From the NCBI GenBank assembly GCA_038064195.1, contig JBBTTO010000002.1, forward strand, positions 205,356 through 269,355: 64,000 nt of DNA. The letters are read 5' to 3'. This document shows, in pieces, positions 1 through 9,784 of the stretch. The notes beneath the pieces are model-generated. The model did no database searches. It saw nothing but the letters and a program-made list of their open reading frames with translations, and was not told where the DNA came from. Both the position numbers and the translations under genes were made by a program. Position 1 is the stretch's first letter, and each line of letters begins with the position of its first letter. Source of the stretch: Patescibacteria group bacterium. Its GTDB lineage: Bacteria > Patescibacteriota > Microgenomatia > Levybacterales > UBA12049.

Positions 1-365
1 TGAGCTGCCTCTCTCAGTCCACTGGCGAGTAATGTCTTTTTGCTGTCTTTTGAATAGAGGACATTCGGTTCAACCTGGATTGCGAGGCAGTTGTTCTCTT
101 TTCCTATTTTTTTTAGCGTCGTAAGGTAGTTTTTAGTCGGGAGAATGCCTTTTGGGAGGTAGCCTATATTCAATTTGGTGTAAGGTATGGGATGGAGGGT
201 CAACGTAAAGCCGTCAACCAGCCTTTCTCCTTCATAAAACCCGAGCCTGAGGACTTTGATTCCTGTTCTTTCCCTGAATTCCCCCCATTCATAGGACTGG
301 AGGGGATGGGTGACCAATTTGTTATACGTTTTTCTCTCGCTTGGGAGTACAGGTCGTACTTTCAT
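1..365 (-). CDS. FemABX-family peptidoglycan bridge aminoacyltransferase (runs off window edge)
   Basis: Not in ORF track; manual translation MKVRPVLPSERKTYNKLVTHPLQSYEWGEFR...IGYLPKG...AIQVEP matches FemAB N-terminal motifs (HPLQS.EWG, Y.PKG). Confidence 0.85.
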   Translation of the reverse strand, partial: MKVRPVLPSERKTYNKLVTHPLQSYEWGEFRERTGIKVLRLGFYEGERLVDGFTLTLHPIPYTKLNIGYLPKGILPTKNYLTTLKKIGKENNCLAIQVEPNVLYSKDSKKTLLASGLREAA

Positions 366-394
366 ACCTCTATTGTAGCAGGAAGCTCAGGTGG

Positions 395-2242
395 TTAGAA
401 ATAATCCCCCGTTCCCTCCCCGCCAAGAAGGCTACGTTTGGTATTGTGTTCAATGATTGCCTCCGGCAGGTCAACCACAAAACGGGAAATGGTGTTCATC
501 GCGCGTTGACCAAAGAACAGACGACGGCGCGCGTGCGTCAGAAAGAGTTTTTCCTTAGCCCTCGTCATGCCTACATAACAAAGTCTTCGCTCTTCCTCGA
601 GCTCTTCTTTATTCATAAGAGCGCGTGAGTGAGGGAATAGGCCTTCTTCCATCCCTATCATAAATACGACAGGGAACTCGAGTCCTTTAGCTGCGTGAAG
701 CGTCATGAGTGTAACTCCTTTTTTACTGTTTTTCTCTTTAGGACCGGAGCTGTATTCCTGTTCAACAAGCGCCACATTTTCTAAAAATTCCGTGATGTCC
801 TGGAAAGAGAGAGCAACGGAGCGAAGCTCCTTGATATTCTCAAGCCTTGCTCTATCTTCAGCGTCTGTTTCATCGTAAAGTTCAAGATAGCCGGTGGACT
901 CAAGGACACTATCCAAAAGGTCAATTGTCGGAGAGTTTTCCGGATCAGGATGATTGTCAACAAAGGTGAGGAAGCGCTGCAAGCGAGCTTTTCCCAGCTT
1001 TTCAATCCGTTTTAGGGAAATAGTTTCTTTAGCGTTGGCCAAGTGACGAAGGTAGGACAAGACGTCTTTGATTTCTTTACGTTCGTAGAACCTTGTTCCT
1101 CCAATGAGGACATATGGTATTCCGTGGTGGAGAAAAGCCTCCTCAATAACACGTGACTGTGCGTTGGTGCGATAGAGGACTGCTACGTTACTCAGTTGGC
1201 TTATGCCTAAGCTGATGATAGTCCGGATAATAAAGTCAGCCTCATCCTGTTCATTCGTTGATTCATAAATTTCAATTGATTCACCACTGGGATTTTCTGT
1301 CCATAATTTGAGTACGGGGTGGGAAGTGTTTTTTGCAATAACTGATGAGGCTGCATCGAGAATTTTTTGAGTTGACCTGTAATTCTGAGACAAAGAGAAT
1401 GTTTTGCTATGAGGGAAATCGTTCGTAAACTTTATAAGGTTGCGGTAGTCTGCTCCGCGCCAGCTATAGATACTCTGGGAAAAGTCGCCGACAACACAGA
1501 TGTTTTTATTTTTTTCAGACAGAAGTTTGCTTAAGACATATTGAGCCCTGTTAGTATCCTGGTATTCATCAATCAGAATATAGTGGAAGAGGTGCTGGTA
1601 TTTCTCAAGGATTTCAGGATTTTGGCGGAAGAGCCTGACGGTCTGTAAAATAAGATCATCAAAATCCAGGGCATCGTTTTCTTTAAGGATCTTCTGATAG
1701 ACAGGATAGATTTTAGCGACAGTTTGCTGGAAAAGCCCACGGGCAAAGGTAGCATATTCGTTCTCATAGATCAGTTCATTTTTCGCGCCGGAGATAGTTG
1801 CGAGTATCGAGGATGGTTTAAAGTCTTTCGGAGAGATAAGCAATCTATGCATAGCCTCTTTCATCACCTCTAATTGGTCGTTATCATCATAAATAACAAA
1901 ACGACGGGAGATCCCGATTCTTTCACCATCTACTCTCAGAATTCTGGCACATAGCGAATGAAACGTTGAGACAATGGGTTGAGTGGCAGGGATGCCATCT
2001 TTGAGACTGTCGAAGAACTTCCGCATGCGTTCTTTCATCTCAGCTGCAGCCTTATTGGTAAAAGTGACCATGAGGATTGACTCAGGATTGATTCCTTTCT
2101 TAAGGATAAGATACATTACTTTATAAGTAAGTACGCGGGTTTTCCCGGATCCCGCACCTGCTAAAATAATCATTGGGCCATCTGTGTTAAGGACTGCTTG
2201 CTGTTGATCGGGATTTAAGTCATTGAGAAGTGAGTGATCCAT
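395..2242 (-). CDS. pcrA: ATP-dependent DNA helicase PcrA/UvrD
   Basis: AGAGSGKT, TFTNKAA, IDEYQD, QNYRS, LYRTNAQSR, TLHAAKGLEF, EERRLCYVGMTRA. Confidence 0.95.
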   Translation of the reverse strand: MDHSLLNDLNPDQQQAVLNTDGPMIILAGAGSGKTRVLTYKVMYLILKKGINPESILMVTFTNKAAAEMKERMRKFFDSLKDGIPATQPIVSTFHSLCARILRVDGERIGISRRFVIYDDNDQLEVMKEAMHRLLISPKDFKPSSILATISGAKNELIYENEYATFARGLFQQTVAKIYPVYQKILKENDALDFDDLILQTVRLFRQNPEILEKYQHLFHYILIDEYQDTNRAQYVLSKLLSEKNKNICVVGDFSQSIYSWRGADYRNLIKFTNDFPHSKTFSLSQNYRSTQKILDAASSVIAKNTSHPVLKLWTENPSGESIEIYESTNEQDEADFIIRTIISLGISQLSNVAVLYRTNAQSRVIEEAFLHHGIPYVLIGGTRFYERKEIKDVLSYLRHLANAKETISLKRIEKLGKARLQRFLTFVDNHPDPENSPTIDLLDSVLESTGYLELYDETDAEDRARLENIKELRSVALSFQDITEFLENVALVEQEYSSGPKEKNSKKGVTLMTLHAAKGLEFPVVFMIGMEEGLFPHSRALMNKEELEEERRLCYVGMTRAKEKLFLTHARRRLFFGQRAMNTISRFVVDLPEAIIEHNTKRSLLGGEGTGDYF

Positions 2243-2251
2243 AGGGTAAAA

Positions 2252-2366
2252 TAAATTCGAATACTAAAGCACGAAATCCAAAACGTTCAATAACAAAACT
2301 ATTTTTTATTTAGTGTTTGAAAAATTTTAATTTGTTTCGAGTTTCGGTATTCGTATTTCGAATTTA
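2252..2366. repeat. Long imperfect hairpin with ~7-nt periodic arms
   Basis: taaattcgaatactaaagcacgaaatcc ... gtttcgagtttcggtattcgtatttcgaattta; terminal taaattcgaa/ttcgaattta are exact inverted repeats. Confidence 0.75.
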
Positions 2367-2391
2367 GTATTGAAGTATCATTCATTGTAGC

Positions 2392-3096
2392 ATGAAAAAA
2401 CTTTTTCTGGTCGCGAACTGGAAATCAAACAAAACAGTAAGTGAGGCACATTCATTTATGATCTCATTTCTCAATCGTGATTTTATTACGTGGATGCATA
2501 GTCAGGATACGGATACAAACGGTAATAAACAAATTGTTATTTGTCCGTCTTTCACCTTATTGGCAGAGTTGGATAAGCTTATTAAGCAACATGCTCCGTC
2601 TTTCTTACTCAGTCTCGGGGCGCAAAATATGTCACCCTTTGATAAAGGCCCATATACCGGTGAAGAGTCTGCCGCCCAAATTTCTGAATTTGCAAAGTAT
2701 GTCATCCTCGGACATTCGGAGAGACGTCTCAATTTCAAAGAGACTGATCAACAAGTAGAAGAAAAAGTAGCAATTGCCAGAAAGTATCAGCTTGAACCGA
2801 TAGTCTGTGTTCAGGGGAAGAACACGCCGGTACCTCAGGGTGTGCATATTGTGGCGTATGAGCCACTCGATGCTATCAGTACTGGGCAGGTCGGGGAGCC
2901 GGCCAGTCCTGAACGAGCTGAAGAGGTAGCGCATTTTTTGAAGCATGAAAGACATATCCCTTACGTCCTTTATGGAGGTAGTGTTGACCCCTCAAATGTC
3001 CGTCAATACACGTCCCTTGAATCGATAAACGGTGTGCTTATAGGTGGAGCCAGTCTGGATCCCGTCAGCTTTTCTCAGATTATCCAGAACGCTTAG
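2392..3096 (+). CDS. tpiA: Triosephosphate isomerase (short form)
   Basis: ANWK, GHSERR, AYEP, YGGSV, LIGGASL. Confidence 0.93.
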   Translation: MKKLFLVANWKSNKTVSEAHSFMISFLNRDFITWMHSQDTDTNGNKQIVICPSFTLLAELDKLIKQHAPSFLLSLGAQNMSPFDKGPYTGEESAAQISEFAKYVILGHSERRLNFKETDQQVEEKVAIARKYQLEPIVCVQGKNTPVPQGVHIVAYEPLDAISTGQVGEPASPERAEEVAHFLKHERHIPYVLYGGSVDPSNVRQYTSLESINGVLIGGASLDPVSFSQIIQNA

Positions 3097-3120
3097 AAAT
3101 GTTATAATGGAAAAACTTCT

Positions 3121-4266
3121 ATGCCCACCCGACGCAAGAAAAACACCCGCAAACTCATTTTTTTGGCTTTAGCTATCCTGGGTATTAGTTTGGTTATCAA
3201 ACTTTCTTTCTTTTTTCTTAACTATGCTCCTGTTGCCTATCAATTTGCTTTTAATAAAGAGATCGATCTAAAGAAAACAGATGATCAGAGGGTTAATCTG
3301 TTGTTACTTGGTATCGGTGGTGGTGATCATGAAGGGCCAAATTTAACCGATACAATTATATTTGCGAGTATAGATCCGAAGAATAAGAAGGTAACGATGG
3401 TTACTCTTCCCCGTGATTTATGGGTACCTGCTTTACCGGGAAGAGTTAATTCGGCATATGCGAAAGGAGAAGATCAGGGTAAGGGTAAGGGGTTAATGCT
3501 GGCAAAAGCAACAGCAGGAAAAGTCCTGGGGCAAAAGATTGATTATGGCTTCCGTATCGATTTTGACGGCTTTACCAAAGCAGTGGATATGATGGGAGGA
3601 CTGGATATCTCTGTCGATCGAACTTTTGATGATTACGCTTACCCTGTTGTGGGCAGGGAGGATGAAACATGCGGCTATCCACAGGACGCAGTAGCCAGTC
3701 TTTCGGCCCAGATTGCCACAGGCAGCGCGACTGATGCGGATTTTTTCCCGTGCCGCTTTGAACACCTTCATTTTGAAAAGGGTCTGCAGCATGTGGACGG
3801 TGTGACGGCTCTTAAATATGTTCGCTCACGTCATGCATTAGGACCTGAAGGATCTGATTTTGCGAGGTCCAAACGTCAAGAGAAGGTTATCAATGCCTTT
3901 AAAGACAGGATTTTTTCAGCCGGAACAATTCTTAATCCACTTAAGCTTGTCAGTCTTTTTGATACCTTCCAATCCAGTATAGATACGGATATTCAAAAAG
4001 ATGAATATGATGATTTTGTGAAGCTGGCGCAGAAAATGAAAGGGGCCACGACCAAGAACTATGTTATTGATACTGGAGACGTAGAGGAAGGGCGTCCTGA
4101 GCTTCTGATTAATCCGCCCGTCTCTCAGGATCAGTATGGCGGAGCCTGGGTACTCGTGCCTAAGGCGGGCCCCAGTGATTATTCAGAAATTCAATCCTAT
4201 GTCAGGTGCCTGACAGAGAATGCCGGCTGCCCTATTACCCCAACTCCTTCCCCGGGCAAAGAGTGA
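3121..4266 (+). CDS. LytR-CpsA-Psr (LCP) family cell-wall glycopolymer transferase
   Basis: N-terminal TM; LLLGIG, TDTI, LPRDL, ALKYVRSRH, SDFARSKRQ. Confidence 0.9.
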   Translation: MPTRRKKNTRKLIFLALAILGISLVIKLSFFFLNYAPVAYQFAFNKEIDLKKTDDQRVNLLLLGIGGGDHEGPNLTDTIIFASIDPKNKKVTMVTLPRDLWVPALPGRVNSAYAKGEDQGKGKGLMLAKATAGKVLGQKIDYGFRIDFDGFTKAVDMMGGLDISVDRTFDDYAYPVVGREDETCGYPQDAVASLSAQIATGSATDADFFPCRFEHLHFEKGLQHVDGVTALKYVRSRHALGPEGSDFARSKRQEKVINAFKDRIFSAGTILNPLKLVSLFDTFQSSIDTDIQKDEYDDFVKLAQKMKGATTKNYVIDTGDVEEGRPELLINPPVSQDQYGGAWVLVPKAGPSDYSEIQSYVRCLTENAGCPITPTPSPGKE

Positions 4267-4284
4267 TTATGGAATAGTCAGGTA

Positions 4285-6507
4285 TCAGTTCAGTTTATAA
4301 ATAGCGGTATTACCGCTTCGGAAAACGATCTTTGCCAGAGCGTTGAATTTCTCTTCATTAACTGTGTATTTCTCCCTCTCCAGAGTACCGATAAAAACAT
4401 AGTGAACGTCATATTTGTCTAAAAGAGATTGCGTTTTTTGATTATCGTCTGATTCGTACATATCTTTAACTTCCTGAATACGTGGGGCTGGGATATCGTA
4501 GGTTCCCCGCCAGAGCCATTCATGGACTGTCCAGCCTAAGACTGTTGGCAAGCCGGTGTTGGATGAGACACGAGCATAATCAGTATAAGAATCACCCTGC
4601 GCTTCAAGGATGACCGGTTGGCCTGTAACATGAGTATTTAGCCAGGTGATTGCTTTTGCATCCTCCGGGAAGCGGTCTTTAAGGTAGGCTGTGCCATCAA
4701 GTCCTTTAAAGGAGGTTAGGTTGCCGTAGTAGGACATGATGGCAAAATACGGATAAACAAAAACAACAGTGAGACAGAGTAATGTGATGACAAAGAAAAA
4801 AGGATAAAGGATTTTATAGACTCGGGCTTTGCCCGACTTAAGGAGTAATGAAACACGACTTATACTATACCCGCTAACAAGTGAGAGCATGATAAAAGAC
4901 TGGAATACAAGTTTGAACATCGTATTTGCCCGGTAATGTTCAGGATAGATATCTTTTGCATAAAGGAATTCAGGAACAATAATTAAAATAGTTCCCAGAA
5001 TAATAAGTAAAATTACATAGATATCGGCTTTTTGCCATTTTTTAACACGAGAGAGGCCCACTAGTAAGAAAAGTACAAAAACGTAAAAGAAGCCATAAAG
5101 AATTACGAGTTGCCAAAGTGGAGATTTTTGGCAATGATTGGGTTCAAAAAGAAGAGGACCCAGATGCTTCATGTTCGTTAGAAAACCTGGCGCGCAGAGA
5201 AGTCCAATCCCGGAAACAAAAGGCTTAAAAAAGAGTGAGAATGGTATGGAAAAAATAACAAAGCCAAGGCCGAGGATAAGACAAGGAACAACTAATTCGA
5301 GGATAACAGTCATCAGCTTTGGGAAAATTGAGATTTTTGCATCAGATATTTTATCCCATTCCAAATATGTCAGCAGAAGACCTGTCATGAGTAGATAAAT
5401 AAGACCGTCCCACGCGTTGGTCATATACATAACGGCTAAGAGCAGGCTTATGCTAAGCAGGTGAAAGAGAGAAACAGGAAGTGTGGCATTTAACTTCAGG
5501 TAGTATTCTCTGATAAGAGAACCTTTATTACTTAATTTTAAGGCTACTTTTTTCTCCGGACCCCCTAAAAAAACTGAGAAAAGAAAACTCAGAGTGAGAA
5601 GAACAAAAGGAATATCGGTGACATGTCCGTGAAGGTCAGATACTGTCCAGGAATAGATCGGAAATTCATGGATGGTGTGATAAATAAATCGGGTGGCATT
5701 AGGATACCAATAGGAATTAGGAAAAGTCAGAGGGGAGAATTGAAGTTGCAGAGGGGGAACAGGATGTTCGTTTTCATATGGTTTGAAAAATGTATAAATA
5801 CTATGAAAGTTACCTGCAAAAGTGACAATAGCTGCTGTCAGGATACCGACTATAAAAAGACGGAGAAAATATTTTTTTTTGGCCACATTATTATAGAGGT
5901 TAATAGCAATTGAAAAGCTACTGCTAAAAGTAAGAGCAGCAATACTCGCGATCATTAAGTTGTAGGTATAGTTTGAAGAAAGAAGCGAGAGCTTTGTCAG
6001 AAGAGCTGTAACAAAATGCCCGAAATAATAGTAGTTAATACTAAAAGGGGTGAACCACATGTCTTTGGCAGGAAAATAGGTTGTTTTGAGGATTGAATTA
6101 ACGAATCCATAATCCATAAATTTTTCAAGGCCATTAATATCCGGGGTAAATGATCTGACATAAGCCCAAAAAAGAAACACTGTTAAAAAGAGCAGTTCTT
6201 CAGCAATAATCCAGGGAAGCAATCTGTGACTTTTATCCGGCAAAGGAAAATAACGAAAAGAAAAAAAAGAAAGACCGGCGCTGACTAGGATCAAAATAAT
6301 AAGACTGGGAAAGGTGAAGGTCAGAATATGGACTGTGCCTGTGACCAGCATGAGATAAGCGACAATAAGTATACCGACGGTTTTAGAAAAAGCATAACCG
6401 CCATCAATAAATTGAGCGAACAATCTTTTCGTAAAGGGAAAAAAGATGAGCCCCAATAAAAGGAGCATGCTATACCATTGGAGCGCGATGAAGAGGCTAT
6501 TTATCAT
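4285..6507 (-). CDS. DUF2298 (YYY) polytopic membrane protein, probable GT-C fold glycosyltransferase
   Basis: EKFMD, INYYYFGH, IHEFP, DLHGH, NAWD, RANTMFK, TVLGW; many TM helices. Confidence 0.8.
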   Translation of the reverse strand: MINSLFIALQWYSMLLLLGLIFFPFTKRLFAQFIDGGYAFSKTVGILIVAYLMLVTGTVHILTFTFPSLIILILVSAGLSFFSFRYFPLPDKSHRLLPWIIAEELLFLTVFLFWAYVRSFTPDINGLEKFMDYGFVNSILKTTYFPAKDMWFTPFSINYYYFGHFVTALLTKLSLLSSNYTYNLMIASIAALTFSSSFSIAINLYNNVAKKKYFLRLFIVGILTAAIVTFAGNFHSIYTFFKPYENEHPVPPLQLQFSPLTFPNSYWYPNATRFIYHTIHEFPIYSWTVSDLHGHVTDIPFVLLTLSFLFSVFLGGPEKKVALKLSNKGSLIREYYLKLNATLPVSLFHLLSISLLLAVMYMTNAWDGLIYLLMTGLLLTYLEWDKISDAKISIFPKLMTVILELVVPCLILGLGFVIFSIPFSLFFKPFVSGIGLLCAPGFLTNMKHLGPLLFEPNHCQKSPLWQLVILYGFFYVFVLFLLVGLSRVKKWQKADIYVILLIILGTILIIVPEFLYAKDIYPEHYRANTMFKLVFQSFIMLSLVSGYSISRVSLLLKSGKARVYKILYPFFFVITLLCLTVVFVYPYFAIMSYYGNLTSFKGLDGTAYLKDRFPEDAKAITWLNTHVTGQPVILEAQGDSYTDYARVSSNTGLPTVLGWTVHEWLWRGTYDIPAPRIQEVKDMYESDDNQKTQSLLDKYDVHYVFIGTLEREKYTVNEEKFNALAKIVFRSGNTAIYKLN

Positions 6508-7046
6508 AGATACTTACTGAGATCTGTAAGATGATTGATAGATATTATTTTATCAGGAGATTTTACCTTGACACCGTTATGTAGCCAGAAGAACTTTGTT
6601 CCTTTGTTCATTTTGGATACATATTCCAAAAGCTGCAGGTCGTCATCAACATACAGGTCCAATGCCAGTTCCCTTAGAATTCTTTCTTTGAAAAGATGAG
6701 GTTGCTCGTTTGAAAAATTAAAATACATTCCACGAAACATCTTATCAATGCCGATAGTTTTAAGAAGTGAGAAGGTTTGTTTTTCCAAAAAACCGAACCG
6801 ACTCGAAATTAAAAAAAGTGTATATTTTTTCTTAGGTAATGAGTGAAGAAAGGTAATATTATCCGTAATAGGTGCACGAAAACCATGATAATGCGATAAC
6901 TGACGTAATAGCTGTTCTGGTCTGGAGGGAATACGGTAGATAAGCTCGTTTTTTGTTTTTCTTTTATAGAGTCGGTCAATTAAGGCATCCGGGATTAATG
7001 GCGGGTAATCAACGAAGATTTTATCAAGATCAAATCCGATTTTCAT
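6504..7046 (-). CDS. HAD-superfamily hydrolase (5'-nucleotidase-like)
   Basis: MKIGFDLD motif I, ISSR, YVDD; start moved to ATG 7046, which overlaps the upstream stop (ATGA). Confidence 0.7.
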   Translation of the reverse strand: MKIGFDLDKIFVDYPPLIPDALIDRLYKRKTKNELIYRIPSRPEQLLRQLSHYHGFRAPITDNITFLHSLPKKKYTLFLISSRFGFLEKQTFSLLKTIGIDKMFRGMYFNFSNEQPHLFKERILRELALDLYVDDDLQLLEYVSKMNKGTKFFWLHNGVKVKSPDKIISINHLTDLSKYL

Positions 7047-8080
7047 AAACGTGAGATAAGATTGAGGATACGGAAGTTCCAACTTACGCGATGAGTTTCT
7101 CCGATCGTGGACTGAATTTTGTTCCTGTGTTGTTTGTACCACAGATAACTTTCAAGTAAAAGATCCTGATTGGACTTGCTCGGGTGCCAGCCCAGTATTT
7201 TTTCGGCCTTATCAATTGAAACATGCGAAGGTATGGGCATGGTTTTATAATGCCATAGTGAAAGAGGGGACAGGTGAAGAACGTCAAGTAATCTTAAAAT
7301 AAATTGCGCCGGAATAACCGGCAGCCCTGTGAGTTTGGAACGCGATTTATCATATTTGATAACAAATTGCAGATCTTTTTTCCAGGTTTGATAATCTTTC
7401 GCGCCGAGGTTAAAAATCTCATTAGTCACGTCGGAAGTCATGCCCTTATAAATTGCATCAACCACATCAGATACCGCTAAGAGTTGGTATTTATTATTAC
7501 CCTTTCCTAAAATAAATACACGATGACCGGTGTAAATAGCCTCAAACCATAAGGCAAAGACACCTAGTCGCTCAGGCCCCAGAAATGTTTTAGGTCTGAA
7601 GATGGTAATATCAAGGTCTTTATGCATATGCGATTGACAGATTTTTTCGGCTTCTACTTTAGACTGGCCATAATATCCAATCGGATTGAGAGGAGTTTCT
7701 TCTTTTTCCGGTACGTACTCAGGTATCCCATAAACAGCAGTTGAGGAAATAAAAATGAGTCTCGTAATGCTATGTTTTACAGAGACATCTATTACGTTTT
7801 TTGTACCGATTATGTTGGTACTGAAAATGCTTTTCTTTGTTCGTTGGATCGGGAGGGCTGCGGCAGTATGGACTACATGGGTAACACCCCGCATTGCTTT
7901 ATCAAGCGCTTTTGCATGTCTCACATCGCCTTTGATATAGGTTACCTGACCCGTCAGGTCTCTGGCTGTCAGAGGAGCAATATCAAAAAGACTTACATCC
8001 CATCCCTCCCTTAAAAAACGTCGAGCGGTATGTACCCCTAAAAAGCCCGTCCCACCAGTAATAAGTACCCTTCGTGACAT
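7043..8080 (-). CDS. NAD-dependent epimerase/dehydratase (extended SDR)
   Basis: TGGTGFLG, ISSTAVYG, YGQSK. Confidence 0.9.
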   Translation of the reverse strand: MSRRVLITGGTGFLGVHTARRFLREGWDVSLFDIAPLTARDLTGQVTYIKGDVRHAKALDKAMRGVTHVVHTAAALPIQRTKKSIFSTNIIGTKNVIDVSVKHSITRLIFISSTAVYGIPEYVPEKEETPLNPIGYYGQSKVEAEKICQSHMHKDLDITIFRPKTFLGPERLGVFALWFEAIYTGHRVFILGKGNNKYQLLAVSDVVDAIYKGMTSDVTNEIFNLGAKDYQTWKKDLQFVIKYDKSRSKLTGLPVIPAQFILRLLDVLHLSPLSLWHYKTMPIPSHVSIDKAEKILGWHPSKSNQDLLLESYLWYKQHRNKIQSTIGETHRVSWNFRILNLISRL

Positions 8081-8123
8081 GTGTCTATTCTACTATGTTT
8101 TCAAAGAAAAGATAGAAGAAGAA

Positions 8124-9776
8124 CTACTTAGACAGGATTTTTTTTAGCTCAAGAAAAGAATAATGTTTTATGTTAGAAAAGATAAGTGCTTTCGGGTGAT
8201 CATAGACTTGAAAGGTTTCTTCGCTCAGATCATCGTTGATAGTTAGTCCGAGAATTTGCGGATAAGATGAAAATTCACCGACTTTTTTATATCCCAGCTT
8301 GCCGTTAAAAAGTAGCTGATAGTACTTTGCAGTAAGCGGGAATTTTTTAGGAAGATGAGTAAGGGTACCGTAAAGTCTACGACTGTTAATTGTTATGTAA
8401 TCAGCCTGTGATAGATAGTTAGCATAGTAATCAAGCTTAGCCGAGTTATCAGGTTCATAAATAGTTAGAGGAAGTAATTGATACCGCTGAGGATCTTTGC
8501 CCGGAAGTGGGATAGGTAAGCCTTCATCCCAGTGTTCACTCAATATAAATTTACCCGGCGGAATATGTTGATAAATCCACTCGGAGGCAGCAATTCGTGT
8601 CGGAATATTTCTATAAACAGACATGAAGGCAACAGCATACAGGAATGTTGCTCCGACCATACCGGCAGTAAGTATCGACCCCGCTACGCGATATCTTTTC
8701 AGTATTATTAACATGAAATGACAACCGAATATGATAAAGAATGGCAGGAGAGGAACGGTATAACGGTTAAATTTGGTATACCAGGATCCGACATACAAGA
8801 AATATAAAAAAGGGAATGAACAGAAGATTATGAAGGTAGCGCGCCTTCGACGTAATTCCTGAATCGTTGTCACAATAACTCCAAGCACTGCTATGCTTGC
8901 AAAGACACCCAGTTGCCACACAAGATTTATCAGCTGGAAAAGATAGCGAGGTGTACTTGAAAATTGCAATGTGTAGACAACTCTATTTGTACCAAGGACT
9001 ACAGAGTTCTCATAGCGCATCGACTCCATAAATTTGTTCCAGTTGAGGAATGTATAAGGTGAAAAAATACAAAACGTCACAAATGCTGTGAGGCCCATTA
9101 CTAAGCTAAGAAATAAGGCTTGAGAGAATTTTATCTTCTTTTTATAAAGTAGTATCAGGAGAGCTAATAGAGGCGCAACGAAAAAAGAGATGCCCGTTGT
9201 TTTGGTAGCAATAGCAATGCCAACTACAAGACCGATGATTACTGTTTTTTTATAGGATGGTTTTTCAAAAAGATTAATAGCAAGCAATGCAATGAGAACG
9301 ATAAGCAGACTAAGTAAATTTTCTGTCGTACTAAAATGAGCTGTCTGAATAGATGATACAGTCAGAGCGTAGATAATGCAGGTAAGAAAGGCCGTTCTCT
9401 GGTCAAATAATTTTTTGGCAAGAAAATAGAGCGGAAGAATGACCATGACCGAGAAAAATGCTGAGTAGGATCTCCCTATGAGGTTTATCCAGGCCCAATC
9501 ATGGGGTAATGAAGAGTTATGAAGAAGTAAGGCAAGTCCATCAGCCGTAGACTTGTATAAATAAATAAGAAACCCTCCATACGCATAGAATTTAGGGTCC
9601 ATCTGTGACGGTAAAATGATAGTGGAAACTGCAGCTGCGATATTGCGTTCATCAGGATGAAAATAAAGGCCCATATCCCAGTTAAGATTATAAAAGCGGA
9701 AGCCGGTAGCGAGAAGCAAGATGATTCCTAAAACAATTTTTGTTTTTGTATCAAGAAGGTGCTTGCGTTTGGTCAT
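8124..9776 (-). CDS. GT-C glycosyltransferase (ArnT/PMT_2-like)
   Basis: FHPDER in first external loop, ~11 TM helices, C-terminal soluble domain. Confidence 0.8.
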   Translation of the reverse strand: MTKRKHLLDTKTKIVLGIILLLATGFRFYNLNWDMGLYFHPDERNIAAAVSTIILPSQMDPKFYAYGGFLIYLYKSTADGLALLLHNSSLPHDWAWINLIGRSYSAFFSVMVILPLYFLAKKLFDQRTAFLTCIIYALTVSSIQTAHFSTTENLLSLLIVLIALLAINLFEKPSYKKTVIIGLVVGIAIATKTTGISFFVAPLLALLILLYKKKIKFSQALFLSLVMGLTAFVTFCIFSPYTFLNWNKFMESMRYENSVVLGTNRVVYTLQFSSTPRYLFQLINLVWQLGVFASIAVLGVIVTTIQELRRRRATFIIFCSFPFLYFLYVGSWYTKFNRYTVPLLPFFIIFGCHFMLIILKRYRVAGSILTAGMVGATFLYAVAFMSVYRNIPTRIAASEWIYQHIPPGKFILSEHWDEGLPIPLPGKDPQRYQLLPLTIYEPDNSAKLDYYANYLSQADYITINSRRLYGTLTHLPKKFPLTAKYYQLLFNGKLGYKKVGEFSSYPQILGLTINDDLSEETFQVYDHPKALIFSNIKHYSFLELKKILSK

Positions 9777-9784
9777 AGTCGGGA

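Noticed and set aside
192-628. Plus-strand ORFs 192-398 and 341-628
   Set aside because: Antisense to femAB and pcrA, which have clear motifs
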